DNA of 64,000 nucleotides, taken from Psammoneis japonica. Its lineage: Eukaryota. Positions 10,003 through 22,357 of the stretch are shown here, in pieces. How positions within the stretch are numbered: the first letter of the stretch is position 1; each line of letters begins with the position of its first letter. The DNA lies in the NCBI GenBank assembly GCA_008632985.1, contig QPGO01000006.1, positions 310,001 to 374,000 on the forward strand. Direction: 5' to 3'. Under the pieces are notes generated by a model. It saw only the letters and a list, made by a program, of their open reading frames with translations, had not been told where the DNA came from and did no database searches. Both the position numbers and the translations under genes were made by a program.

Positions 10003-12342
10003 TCAGGCTTCCGGCTTATCTACCCAATCTCTGAGTTTCTTCTTTTTCAATTCACCCCAATGAAGCTCAAGCATTCGAGAGCTCGTTTTCACGTGATGCT
10101 CCACAGTAATCAACCCCATCTTGGGTTTGATGGGAGGATAAAACACAAAATCATCCTTTCGGCAAGTGACACCGTCACACTGTCGACTAAGCAGACCAAT
10201 GGATGTGTCTTCCCAGGGCAGATACGTGGTGTTGCTGATCTTGCTAGCAGCACACTTGACAAAGTTGCGAGACAAGGCAAATCCCAACCCCTGGGCATAT
10301 GGTGGGAACAACTTGTCCGGGTACATGACCTCGGGTGTATACCACTTGTAGGTAGTGTTTCGATTGGCAACTCGGAATTCCTCTTCTTCGAGACAATATC
10401 CCCAATATTCCGGTTTCCACTTTGAGAGGATGCGTGCAACCTCGGTAATCCCCACGTAACTGTCGTCGTCTGCTTTCATTGCGTAGTCATATGATTCGAC
10501 ATGAGTCTCAACCATGTGGAAGAAAAGTTGCGTTTTGTACGTCAACAAGAGGTATTCTTCGGGCATGTCAATCCACAAAATGTCACCATATCGGAAAAAC
10601 TCGTCTTGTATCTCCCTCCATGGCCCGCTGACAACAAAAAGCACCGAGTCGCGATAATCTTCTGCCCAAGTATTGCGAGCTGCAAACCTCCCCGCTCGTT
10701 GCGGTGCAGCGGACAATACTCCCACAACCACTACTGGCTCGTTCCGTTGGGATCGTTTTGGACAAGACGAGAAACTTGCGGGAAATCGATATCGCAGTTT
10801 CTTTCCTGAAATTACGACAGTGTCTTCTGTGATTTCGATTGGTGTTCGAGCTGCAACACTGGGCACAACTCTTTGATTTGCAATCACAGCTTCTTTCAAG
10901 AAAGCCTCCACAAAAAGTGTATTGGGATGATCGGGCAAGACGACAGACTGGGCAATTGCCAAGTTCTGTAACTTGGATTGAATCGTCTCGCTTGTAATAT
11001 TTTGCAACCCTGCAATCACGGACGCCGCGTCCTTGATAAAGGTCGCCTCCTTGACAAATATACAATAATCGTTCATCTTTAGACTTGATCGGAAAGGACT
11101 TGCGTACTCTTCCAAGTAGTCGCTCACAACCACTGGAATACATCCCGCTCGAATGGCAAACATCAAGGAATGAGAATGAGGTGTGTCGCCTCGAATCACC
11201 AGACAAAACTTGGACGACGCAAAGTGCTTGGCCCACTCGTCTGGTTTCAAATCGTTCCCAATACTAGAAGGCGGAAAGGAAGCCAATCTTTCTTTGTCGA
11301 GATGCAACAGAGCTTGTCTGAACGGCGTCGAGCCGTATCCAAATGATTTTTTGTCGTTGCTGTGATAAAAGACAAAGTAGTCGGACTGCTGAAACTTTGC
11401 CATGGTCGGTTCCTGAATTTCAAACTCGGCGCCAATGCCCAATCCAATCGAAAACGCCTTGGTCACAGGTCCGTCATGTGGAAACAAGTAGTTGAAACCT
11501 TTTTCGCTTGATTTTCTCGATGCCAAGTTCATGCTTGCAAACGCATCGTAATGAGTCGCAACCGTGACATTTTCAAGAATCTCGTAATTTCGTGATAGCG
11601 CCGGAATAGCACCAGCATACCGTTTGCTGAACGAATATTTACCAAAGGAAATCAAAACATGATTGTGTCCACATGTCCTTTGAAAAATCTCGTGCTGTCG
11701 GAGCTTTTCAAAGGCGTAATCGTACTTTTTGCAATCGTCCTCCTTGCATCCAGTGGCATAGAGTTCCGAAATTGGAGTCGGAACAATGTAGAGCTCCACC
11801 TCATTGGGGTCCCTCGTTCTGAGAGGGTGTTTCTCTAACGCATGCAGAGTCGCACGTTCGGATCGTATAGCATTTATTATAGTTTGGTCTTCAAAGGCGT
11901 ATTCAGCAAGCGATGATGATCCCTGAAGTCGCAAGACCCTGGCGACTAACTCTTGAGTGATGGAGTAGTCTTCGTAAATGTAGAATTTTGTGTTTACTCG
12001 TTCGAGCTCTTGCCTCACTAAATCATCGTCGTTGTTGTCTCGCCTCACTTGAGCCACGTGATTATTGGAGTTGCGGTCATCCAGCACTGTGATGGTGGTG
12101 AGAGATACTTCAGGTGAACCAGAGTGTGAAAACTCCGGTTGGAGGACAATCAGAGTAAACGAAGCAACCCATATTAAAGCTATGAATGACAAAACGACGC
12201 GATATTTACGACCCATTCGCAAATGGACCTTTGCTGGCATTGCGTTGACCGCCATGTCGAACGCAGTATTTTGTGAGAGTTGTTTTGCCGATCCCATGAG
12301 CGAGCGAGACCCAGACCAAAAAGCAAGCACACCAGCCCACAA
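10003..12342 (-). CDS. Exostosin (GT47) + galactosyltransferase (GT31) fusion glycosyltransferase
   Basis: TM anchor; exostosin motifs KFYIYED and SSKFCLVIRGD...AIRAGCIPV; GT31 motifs LTYKT, MKADDDSYV, PPYAQGLGFALS and EDTSIG. The true start may be a downstream ATG. Confidence 0.88.
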   Translation of the reverse strand: MWAGVLAFWSGSRSLMGSAKQLSQNTAFDMAVNAMPAKVHLRMGRKYRVVLSFIALIWVASFTLIVLQPEFSHSGSPEVSLTTITVLDDRNSNNHVAQVRRDNNDDDLVRQELERVNTKFYIYEDYSITQELVARVLRLQGSSSLAEYAFEDQTIINAIRSERATLHALEKHPLRTRDPNEVELYIVPTPISELYATGCKEDDCKKYDYAFEKLRQHEIFQRTCGHNHVLISFGKYSFSKRYAGAIPALSRNYEILENVTVATHYDAFASMNLASRKSSEKGFNYLFPHDGPVTKAFSIGLGIGAEFEIQEPTMAKFQQSDYFVFYHSNDKKSFGYGSTPFRQALLHLDKERLASFPPSSIGNDLKPDEWAKHFASSKFCLVIRGDTPHSHSLMFAIRAGCIPVVVSDYLEEYASPFRSSLKMNDYCIFVKEATFIKDAASVIAGLQNITSETIQSKLQNLAIAQSVVLPDHPNTLFVEAFLKEAVIANQRVVPSVAARTPIEITEDTVVISGKKLRYRFPASFSSCPKRSQRNEPVVVVGVLSAAPQRAGRFAARNTWAEDYRDSVLFVVSGPWREIQDEFFRYGDILWIDMPEEYLLLTYKTQLFFHMVETHVESYDYAMKADDDSYVGITEVARILSKWKPEYWGYCLEEEEFRVANRNTTYKWYTPEVMYPDKLFPPYAQGLGFALSRNFVKCAASKISNTTYLPWEDTSIGLLSRQCDGVTCRKDDFVFYPPIKPKMGLITVEHHVKTSSRMLELHWGELKKKKLRDWVDKPEA

Positions 12343-12537
12343 ATCATAACAGCTATTCCTGCGAATGTGATGGATAGACCGACCCCATCATGGATCATAA
12401 CTATCTAACTACTAGAGCAGCATTTCCTCTTGCTGTTGCAATGGGTCTGATCAATTCAATGGGTTCACTAAATCTTGTTTCAGGCTCTCGAAGACTTTGC
12501 ACCCCTTTGAACTGAATAGAATTTGCCCACCTTTTAG

Positions 12538-14063
12538 CTAGCCGTTGCTTTCCTCCCCTGAGCCTCCTTCCTGCTTCTCTCTTATCCATTTGCGCACATT
12601 CTCCATCTCCAATTTGCGAGCGGCAGTAAGAGCATCCGTGTCGTAAGGATTCGAAAAGAACAAATCCACATGATGAGCGGCTTCCTCAATGACAAACGCA
12701 ATCAGAGAGTCATTTAAATCCTCAACTACTCCGCCCCCTCTCCAAGGGTCGTATTCCCCTTGTGACCAGACGATATTGGATGCGTGTCGAGCCCAGTCGC
12801 TCGGGTTTCCATAGGATAACGCCATGTGGAGACGATCTGGATGGATTCCATATTGCGCTTTACATCCTTCAGCTCGGGCATCCCCATCCCAAGGCCTATC
12901 CGAGAACATGTCGTTCTCGTCCGTGGTCTGACCAAAGACTTGAAAGATTTGAGAGCAGTATTGATATCCCCACAAAGTATTTACAATTGACCTCTCCTCA
13001 TTGACAGGAGCTTTCAGATTGTAGCATTCCATTGTAGATGTGTAGTTGTAGTACACGCCTGCAAAGGATGCCAGACCGGCAAGCCACTCTTCGATTTGGT
13101 CATCACCTGTCATATCCTCGGCCAAGTACTCACACGCAACGCGAACCGGAAATGGTGGCAAGTAACCCTTGCCATTCAATATGTACGTGCTTGCATAGGG
13201 AATGTTCCCAAGTGACATGTAATTAAGGGCATCATTGATCCAAAGATTAATCCGTGCTCCAAGGACAAAATCAAAAGTGTCATCATCTGGACAAATGTGG
13301 AAGGCTGAACGAAGAAGAGAAGGATGTACATTATCGAGTCCATTGTTCGCAAAGACCTTGCGAAGGTTTCGTTCACAATATTCACTTGCTCCAGCGGCTC
13401 GGCCGACATTGTACGTGACCCTTCCGCGTAAAAGTTTGGTTTCACCGGTGGATTCATGCCTTCAAACGACAGAATGGGTGCGCTTGAAGCGATACATCCA
13501 TCCCAAATGTGAGGATATTTGAAACGACCCCACGTTGCCAGCATCCCGCCGTAACTACCACCAAAGCCAATCACGGCATTCGTTTCTTGAAAATTGTACA
13601 TGGACTTGACATGAGAAACTAGTGCGACGTAGTCCATGACTGCCTGTTCTGTAGAAAGAAAACTGAGATTCGACAGGGGGTCATCCGGGAACAGTTGACT
13701 CTTTCCATAATATCTGTGTTCGGCAAAGACAACCAGTGCTCCAAAGTCTTGGGCATTCTCCCAAACGAGACCAATCGAGTTCACGTAAAGCGTTACATCT
13801 CCCTCGTGACCAAAGTAGAAAAACATTGGACCGCCTTTTCTGTAATGATCATCGTTCAGAAAGTACCGTTGCTGAAATGTTGCGGCAGAAGGGGTAAAAT
13901 GATCTACTTCTTGCTCGAAATATAACTCTGAACAGTTCACAACCATTCCTGCTGGTGAAGGAGGATGCATGGCAACGCTCATTTGCCTTGAAGCGTGTGC
14001 CAAGGTAACTCCCACGGATGAGGCCACGAAAAGCAATGGTATCCAACTCGACGACACCATCAT
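12538..14063 (-). CDS. Serine carboxypeptidase S28 (lysosomal Pro-X carboxypeptidase-like), frameshifted
   Basis: Signal peptide, QEVDHF, FQQRY, EHRYYGKS, GGSYGG, SSAP, SQGEYDPW and AAHHVDL motifs. Confidence 0.92.
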
Positions 14064-15304
14064 GTCACAGAGTATCGGTTTGTCGTTCCATGGGCTGCAA
14101 AGCGGTGCATTTCCCTCGATTTCGTCGGCTAATTGGGTTCCGCAACGGGCGATCGATCAATTTTCAAATTTTGATTTGTCGATGCATGACCCAACGGCCG
14201 CCCGCAACGGACGGGCGCGCGACACAGTCAGGACGTGCGAACGCCGGCTAGAGTCTACGTGGATATTTCTATGCGCAAATTTTTCCCAAGACAATCGTCG
14301 TCAACTTCAACTTCGATGTGCCGATCTAATTGAAAAGGATGGTCCGCTTCGCGTCGGGCTTCGGCGCCTTTCATGAACGACGTCAGCTATGAAATTTACT
14401 CTTCACATTAAGTAAAGATGACATCATCCTTACCCCACCATCTATTCGGCCCGTGCGTCGCCGCCGCCGAGCAACTTCAAAAATTGTCAAGTCCCCAAGA
14501 GCCAAGAGACGTGAAAAAAGACAACACACTGTGTACGCAAACAGCACGAACCGCCCATGACAGCGGCAACTTTCGGACTGGTGAGCATAAAAATAACACC
14601 ATTAGAACCGCAGCATTCTTGTTAGTATGTGTTCGTTGTTTCTCTTTTTGTTCAATGCAAGTCCGACACTCTTAAGGGATAATTTCTTCAACTTTCAAGT
14701 AGAAAGTTTTGCACCGTCCTTCTCGGGCCATTTAGTCCACCTATACTAAAATCATTTAGCTTACATATAACACCGTTCAATCCGCTATATCTAAATTACT
14801 CTCTATGGTAGTTTCTGTGTCATAGAGATCTAGTTTAGGGACCTTATGCATGGCCATCTGCGATGCAAGAAAAGACCTGAAAAATTCTTTCAATACAACA
14901 GGTCCATTTTGGAAAGAAGTACGCAAAGCGTTACCATTTCCTTCTCGACACGTATCATAACTACTTCATATTATCGATTGATGCTACTTCTACAGTCATA
15001 AAGTAGAGAGAAGTTGTCCAAAACAACCACACACCGCCATGGCGACTTGCACAAAAACAATTCTATGTACGCGCGGCTTCAGTAGAAGTACTTGACGTGA
15101 TGCGTCTGATACAGTGTACAGTACTGTACGTACCGTACTGTAGGTAGATTGCGTGCGTGCGGCTACCGTACCGGTAGTAGCTGGGGGGGCAATAATGATG
15201 TCAACATTACTTATTGTGAACAACAAAGTTTTTAGCTGACGTCGTTTGTCCAATCAGATTTCCATACCGCCGTTATGACCGCACTTACCATACCGCGGAT
15301 ACGT

Positions 15305-17085
15305 TTTCTGGCCTTTCTCCTTCCATGTTGCTCATGACGCCGCCATCGGCGATCGTCGCCATCAGACACCATCAGCAGCACTGGCATTCACAGCATTTTC
15401 TTGTGTTGTGAGGTTCATCAGCTCCTGTGGTGGTTTCAAAAGGCGGAAGGCGAGGAGGCGACAACTCTGTGTGAGGCGAGATGTGCTGTGAGCGAGGAGA
15501 GAGGAGGAGAGTCCCAGCTCCAAGCAAGGAGAATTCACAAGAACACATGAACCAACAAGTGTTTGCAACAACACAGGAGTGCTTGCTGGTGCCTCAACTG
15601 ACGAGATGATGCCAAACATGTCCCTGAGCACTGCCGCAGCTGGAGAGCAGAGAGCACACCTCAAAGCCAAAAAATGAGAGACAAGAAGCCACAGCACATC
15701 ATCTGTTGCTGTTTCCAATCATGATGGGAGCAATCAGCTGAAAAAGACTCACAATTCCTGTGAATTGTGTGACTTGTTTTGTGGCTCTTCTTTCAGTGCC
15801 ACAACGCCACAGCGCCACAATGCAGACCTTTGCTGTGCCAAGTCACACAGCGCTGGTGACACAACAAGTGGGAAAACCAAAAACAATGGCACTCCCCCCC
15901 CACTGATGGTGGTTGCATCAAGCCTTGCAACCCATCATTTCAAAAAGCAAAACTGTGTGTCATTCCATCATTTGTCTTTGGCTGCCTGCTCCATCACTCG
16001 CACAGCTTTTGGTGGGCCAAAAAACAGTGCACAGCACCACACAGAAGCTGTTCTTTCCTCTGCCTGAAAAAAAGAGTGGCACACAGCATGCTTGTTCTGC
16101 CAAGCCTGGAAGTCATGCCTGACTTTCAAAGCATGCCAGAGCCTCTGTCCAGCCAAACTGTTCAGCTCAAAGTGTTGCAGCAGGCGGTTGTTGTCGATTT
16201 TCAAAAAAGCTGCAGGAGTGGCTGCCAATTGTGAGTGCAAGAACAAAGATGGAAATTTGTGGGTTTGGAGACATTGGCACTCCCTGAGAAAGGAAGTGCT
16301 GTCACCACTTCAGGGTCAACAGGTGAGATTTGTCATGCTCAAAGCACTCCTCTTTGTGTTTGCTGCCCCTTGCTGCCTCCAAATTGATGTTCATTTGGGG
16401 TCAACATGCTTGCTGCATCTGCCTTTCTTGTGAGAGGAAAGGAAGGCCAATCCCTTCAAAGAGATTGCCAGCGGAGGATGCAAAGGGAGCCAATGCCTGT
16501 TTTGCCACCATGATTTTGATCTCTGGATGCCTGGACTGTGCTCTGCAGAACTGACCCTGGTGGTGCATGCCGGCCATCTGCGTGCTTTTTTTCTTGTTGA
16601 TGTGGAACCTCCGATCTCAAAAACATGTGAGATGTTTGCACAGAGATGCTTTGCCATGCACAGTTGAGAATCCTCTAATGCCCATGCATTGCAACCAGTG
16701 CACCAATGCTCTTTTCCTTGCCACCTGCTGGCAAGAATTCAACAGGGCTGCATGTCTCAGCGGTCAGTTTGGGGCAACATTGCCAAGCCATGTGGCGGCA
16801 TTTGGTGTGCCAAGTTTCTGCAGGGCCACATTGGGATCACTGGTGCCTTGACCCAATTGCATGTGAGAGAAAATGCTGTGCCATTGCTGGTTGTGGTGGT
16901 GTTTTTGTTCGTTGTGACAAGGGAAGACTCCACCCTTCTTGACAAACGTCTGTCCAGTGGCATGTTGACGTCGTTCGTGGGGGGCGCGGTGCACAGTTTC
17001 GTTGTCGGCACGCCTGAAGGATGAGTGACGGCGTCATTCAAGGAGCAATGACCATTGAAGCCATTGTGCATGACAGTTGTTCTTC
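15305..17085. other. TA-depleted island B (degenerate repeat or TE-like DNA)
   Basis: One TA seen (about 16676) in 1.78 kb. CG is rare in the core but frequent at both edges. Confidence 0.8.
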
Positions 17086-17199
17086 TGTAACTAGCGTTGA
17101 GACAAAGACTAAGAACACCATAGAGTAGTAGGTTACAGGTTATCACTTGCAGACATTAAAGGTCGTGGCGGTTTTACGTTCAGCATGCATGGGTTTTGC

Positions 17200-18458
17200 T
17201 TAAGTCTCGAGAGCGGCAACTTCCTTGCCAAGAGTTTCCTTGATGCTCTTCATGGACGGACGTTCGGAAGCATTCTCGGACCAACCGCGCAGAATGAGAT
17301 CGCGAATCGCCTGTGGCCACGATTCGTCTGCCTTGAGTCGATGCCCACCAAGAATGACACGCTCTTCATGCCTCTGCAAGCTATATCCAGCGTAGGGCTT
17401 GTTCATAGCCATCATTTCCCACAGCAAAACAGCGAATGCAAAGGAATCACTGCTATAGTTGTAAGGTAGTCCCTTGTACGTTTCGGGCGCCATGTAACGT
17501 ATGGAACCAGTCTTGGCAGAGAGTTTCCAGTTCCCATCCGCGAGCTTGTCCGAATTGTGGAGCTCCTTGGTGAGTCCAAAGTCAAACAAGGTGATTGTGC
17601 CATGAACATTGAAACCTGTTGAGGGACGCACAACAAACCATGAGAAAACACATTGCGTATTCATTTGGAATTAGCAGAAACAACCAGTTTGGTATGATTC
17701 ACCTATGTTCTCAGGCTTAATGTCACGATAAATGATGCTGCAAGAAGAAGAAGAAGCAGCATAAGAAGATGACTAGCAAAAGCGCGAGACCCAAGGCAAT
17801 GGCTGGTGGAGCAAACTTACTTGTTCCGATGCATGTACTCGACAGCGTCACTGAGATCTCGAGCTGCTACGAGGCGTTCCTTGAGCAAGGCCTTGGTCTT
17901 TTTTCCTCCCCTGTCCGTCACCTTATTGAACCGCTTGTTCTGCTTACCCCACTTTGGTATTTTTACGTCCAAGATATCCCACAAGCGATCCAGGACGAGA
18001 AAGTACTTCTTGTCAAAGGGTGTTCCCTCAGCCACCGCTCGGAGCTTTACAATGCTGGGATGATCGAGGCAGGTCAGAAAATGGGTCTCCGTAGCAAAAT
18101 CTACAATCCCTTGTAAAAAGCGGTGAGGATCGTTGATGACGTCGGGTCTCAAGTACTTGATGGCATATCGCGCATCGCCGTTGGGGCGCTTCCAGTGCTC
18201 TGCAATGAACTTTTGATCTTCAAACGGTACTTCCTCGTTGCTCTTTTTACTTTTTGCACCATCCACCTTGAAGCCCCGAATATCCTCTACCTTGCAAAAA
18301 CCACCTTCACCCAAGAACTTCCCCTTGGTCAAATCGTCTCGGGTGAACCTTGGAAGTTTCGTTTCCTTCTCGCGATCGATAATCAAGGATCGATCCCAGT
18401 GCGCCTGAACCGTCTCGGCTGATTTCTTCTGAAGGGCGGCTAGTTTAGATGGATCCAT
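17200..18458 (-). CDS. Protein kinase (TKL/MAPKKK-like), 3 exons
   Basis: GEGGFCKV, AIK, IIYRDIKPENIG, DFG, GSIRYMAPE and ERP motifs. Exons 18458-17821, 17737-17703 and 17615-17200 are joined in frame by GT-AG introns. Confidence 0.93.
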
Positions 18459-18884
18459 GCTGATATCTAAAGGTAAGCAATGGTTGTTTCAGGCGTCGAC
18501 ACTCCGACAGTATGGTATGGCATCGTCGTGTGTTGTGGCTGTCCCTCAATCGAATCCTGCATACAGAATCCATATCTTCCCTCACTTTTTCGGAAGTTTG
18601 GCGCTGACGACCCCCGCGAATAAAAGAAAGCGCAATGTGCTGAACGAACAATACCCAACAGACCGCTCCCCGTTCCACTACAGCACAAAACTCCTTTCAA
18701 TGGCGGCACTGCATACAAGAAGAGAGACGTGGCGCTTCACACAGTCAAAACTCGCATCATCATTGTCGGGGAGATGTACCGGCAGAGTTGCGCAACGCGC
18801 GAACGCGCTTCCCGGCTTGCTATGCGCGCTTGTCGCGCGCTCTTCGCTTGCGTCACATCGGAGGGAAGTTTTGGCTGATGTCTC

Positions 18885-18950
18885 CTTACTCGTACTCTCT
18901 CTTACTCTCTAGAGCTAATTGAGTAGATACTGTCTCTAGAGAGGAGTACC
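18885..18950. repeat. CTAG/CTCT-rich tract at the edge of island C
   Basis: TACTCTCTCTTACTCTCTAGAGCTAATTGAGTAGATACTGTCTCTAGAGAG. Confidence 0.6.
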
Positions 18951-18979
18951 CATCACGCCTGCTGTGTACCCATGACATG

Positions 18980-20470
18980 TGGCATCCGACCCAACAACGG
19001 TCGCTCTGAAAATGTGAGGAGGAGCGCAGAAGGCCCACAATGCATTGTGCCAGTGTGGCGTGTTTTGAGATGTTTCACAATCACGAGCGTCACTCGGAAA
19101 CTCTTTTGCCTTGCTGAGGATGCCGACGGCTTTTGTGCTGATCCGAGTCTTGGCAAAGTGTCGCATCTTTTTCGAGACCGACGAGCTCTCAGAACAAGGT
19201 GTGCAACCCACACTTGGTGGGCAGAAACTCGAGTAGAATGATTTGGATTGATGGTTTTGCCTGAGTGAGCAGGTTGATGCCACGACCCCACGACCCCACT
19301 GGTGTTGCAACTCCAACGTCGATGATGAGGTGCAGATTCCGATGCATGGTGTGATTCATGGGCAAATCATTGTCGTCACGTGTGGTTGGCGCCATTGTGA
19401 AGTTGTTTTGAATCTAAAGAGACTCCATGTGACATGAGACTTAAAACTCTTTTTCTCTGCATTGTGCAAAAGATCGTTTCTTGTTCTTGACGGTGTGCAG
19501 GCTCAAGCCAGGTCGCTGCCAAACGGATTCGTTGTTGCTTCACCAAGACTGCAGAGATCGAGTTTGTGTCTTTGAAGTTGCTGTGGGGGCGGCAGTGGCA
19601 CTGTCACAGCAAACAAAAAGACGAAACAAAAATCCAAACAAGATGATGACAACGGTTGCGCCATGGGCGACAGGCCCCAGTGTGGCAAAGATGGCTGCGG
19701 GTGTGACAATGGCAGCATCGGTTGTTTCCAGCAAGCGCCCAATCGATGATGAATCCTTTGAGTGGATGTGCACTGCGCAGTTTGGCAAGTGACATGAATC
19801 CCAGCATGGCTGCAAGTGAAGTCATGTCACCCTCCATGTCGTCCATTGGTGGCATGCAACAGTCACCCTGTCGACAATCATCGTTGTTTCGCATGGCGGC
19901 TCTTGCGAGATGGCAACAACGACTGCAAGAAGAAGAATCATCATCATCATCAGAAGAAGAAGAAGACATGTCTTTTTCCATTGATCACATGGCGGAGCAT
20001 TGTGATTTGCACACGATGACGACCCATTGGAATGGACAAAAATCCATCAATTGTCATCGTCAAGAGCACGCAGCATGCCACAATCCAAAGAAACCTTGTG
20101 GTTGCATCTGTGTCTCTAGAGAGTAGAGTGCGAGCAGTCATGTGGTCGGAAGCTCAGCATCGCTCCGGCCCACCACCGTCGTAAATGTAGAACACATCAC
20201 ATCAACCACAAACACTGCAGAATTCAAAAGACAATCAGTTCCAAACAAGCATTGTGTGCATACAGAGTAGGTGTCGTTCGCAGCATCATTTTGACGAGTT
20301 CTTTCCATTCCGACGCAGCTAAATTTCCCCAAAAGCAGAATTCAAATGTCACGTGCAGGATTGCTTTTTTGTGTTGTCTCACGACAGGTTCCCACATTGG
20401 TGAGGCCGCCACGCACATGTGGACCACAGCGTTTATTTCGGCCAGAACCTTTTTGAGCTCAACAAAACTT
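18980..20470. pseudogene. TA-depleted island C, containing a decayed gene-like sequence (about 19640-20120, + strand)
   Basis: Few TA but many CG. Tyr-free frames such as RWQQRLQEEESSSSSEEEEDMSFSIDHMAEHCDLHTM. Confidence 0.55.
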
Positions 20471-20568
20471 GCCATGCTGACATTATTTCCCTGCTTCGTT
20501 CAAATTCGTCCTCGTCGTCGTCAAAATCGTCTTCGAAATGCTTGTGACGAGTTGGAGGCAGCTCTTCA

Positions 20569-21633
20569 TTAACTGCGACTCATCCGTTTGTAGATTTCTT
20601 TTTTGTTGGGCAAGAGGATGGTGTAGTAGGGAACTAACTTGTCATCGAAATGCACCTTGAGAATTTTTGCTCGCATTTCGATGTGCCCCGAACCCGGTTT
20701 GAGAATTGCAATTTGTCCTCGTTTGCACTTGGAGTCGAGCAACTCAATGGTCGACTCCAGTCCCTTCCTGAAATAGCCTTCATTGTAACACTTGAATGTC
20801 CACGGAGCAAAGCGCCAGAAAACCAGAGATGCAAGTCCCATGCATTGTGTTGAGTCAAGTCCATGTGCCGACGCGACGAGCAGATAGATCACAATGCCAG
20901 CAATCTTCTTGTCAGCTGGCACAAACGACTTCTCCAATGTCAACACTCGCCAGCAAAGTCAAAGGGTCTTCCTTGGATCCGACACTGGAAGCACACCCTT
21001 TGACTGCGCTGAGTGCCTTCTTGCAAACGAATTTGACGAGCGCTGTCGCGATTGGAGTTGTTTCACCCACCATCTTGACTGTGGACTCCATCAATGCGCT
21101 CGACAGATCGCGGAAGAAGATAATGAACTTTTGAATCGTGCCAATGAGCTTTTTGAAGAGATTGATGCTTGCTTCCAAAATGATGTGCACCGTCAACAGA
21201 GACACCTGCTGTTGAACGTCGGGCTACGAAAAATGCGCCACGCCCGCTTCGCATCGACGCCGATTACACGACTGTAACAAAAGACAGCAAACATCCGAAC
21301 CAAGAGATACATGGTGCACCAGAAGCGCTTGATGTCCTCTTCTCCACAATCGCGGCCTTCAACAAACACCGGCTCCTACATCAAGGCGGCAACAACGCAA
21401 GAACACAGTCAGATGTGATTGTCAAGGTGAAAACTTGGTGCACAAGCCAGTTGCTCACTTGCCGTTGTCGTCCAGCTCTTTGGAAACACCCAAGAAAAAA
21501 GCCGAAAACATAGCGACGGAAGAAGCGAATGTAGATCTCGATGCCCCCGACAAGAGCTGGAAGCCAGAGAAGGAAGTGCGCGATGGCGAGTGCAACAACG
21601 ATGTTGTTCATCAGTAGATTCGGAAAGATCCAT
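20569..21633 (-). CDS. Hypothetical membrane protein with a C-terminal SH3/Tudor-like motif, fragmented (possibly a pseudogene)
   Basis: Hydrophobic segments in ORFs 21381-21914, 20912-21205 and 20569-20946. Motif AKILKVHFDDKLVPYYTILLP. Several frame breaks; boundaries uncertain. Confidence 0.4.
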
Positions 21634-21962
21634 GCTTTCAAGGCAATTGAGTCAATGCAATACGTCGATTGAATCAATTGTGTGCCCTTGAACGAGAAAG
21701 CGTGGGTCCGTGCGAACGATCGTGTCGTGAGATCTGCAGATGGTTTTGCGAGGAGCGTGTTGTGTGATTGGCAGGTTTCACGTAGAAATATGTACCATGG
21801 TTTGTGTAGGACGACAATTGCCCATCTGACTAATTCAAAGTCTTCATGATTGATTGAATATATTAGATTTCCCGCGCTTTCGGCCTTTGCGTTTCGGCAT
21901 GCTGGATGCTTCAATTCACAATGCTCGAACGCGATGGGGAAATGCGGGAAGCGGGAATTAAT

Positions 21963-22240
21963 GTCAAATCCAACCTATCAGCACCTTCTCCATCTTCTCT
22001 CTAACGCAAGTGGTAGTTTAAAAGGTCCAGCAATAGAATGGATAGGGCCTGGCGCAAGCGAAGACGGCAAACGGTAAAATGGCATCCAGCGTGTGCGATG
22101 CGGGCCCGAAGATGTTCAAGCAACGACTGCCGGCCCAATTGGACCACCATTATGCGATGTTCATACCGTGCGTACGGTGCGAGTAGTCTTCCCATTATTG
22201 CGAGTAGCAAGGATGAGCCACTCACTCTCTTTTGCTCTAC
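21963..22240. repeat. Diverged non-coding repeat, copy 1
   Basis: Shares collinear blocks with 26102-26302, including the exact 20-mer AAGGTCCAGCAATAGAATGG (22022-22041). Confidence 0.8.
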
Positions 22241-22357
22241 GTATCATATGGTAGCTTGGCGCTTGACGTTGTTATTTGGGAGAGTCCTTTCTAGTCGTAC
22301 CCAGACAAGCATTCCTCCAGTAGGGCCCTACCGAATGACACCGAACCAGGCTGGGCC

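Noticed and set aside
19206..19236. Helitron 3' hairpin (CCCAC..GTGGG)
   Set aside because: The stem is only 5 bp and there is no properly spaced CTRR end.
22130..22150. tRNA gene suggested by the A-box-like GTGGTCCAATTGG
   Set aside because: No cloverleaf or correctly spaced B-box.
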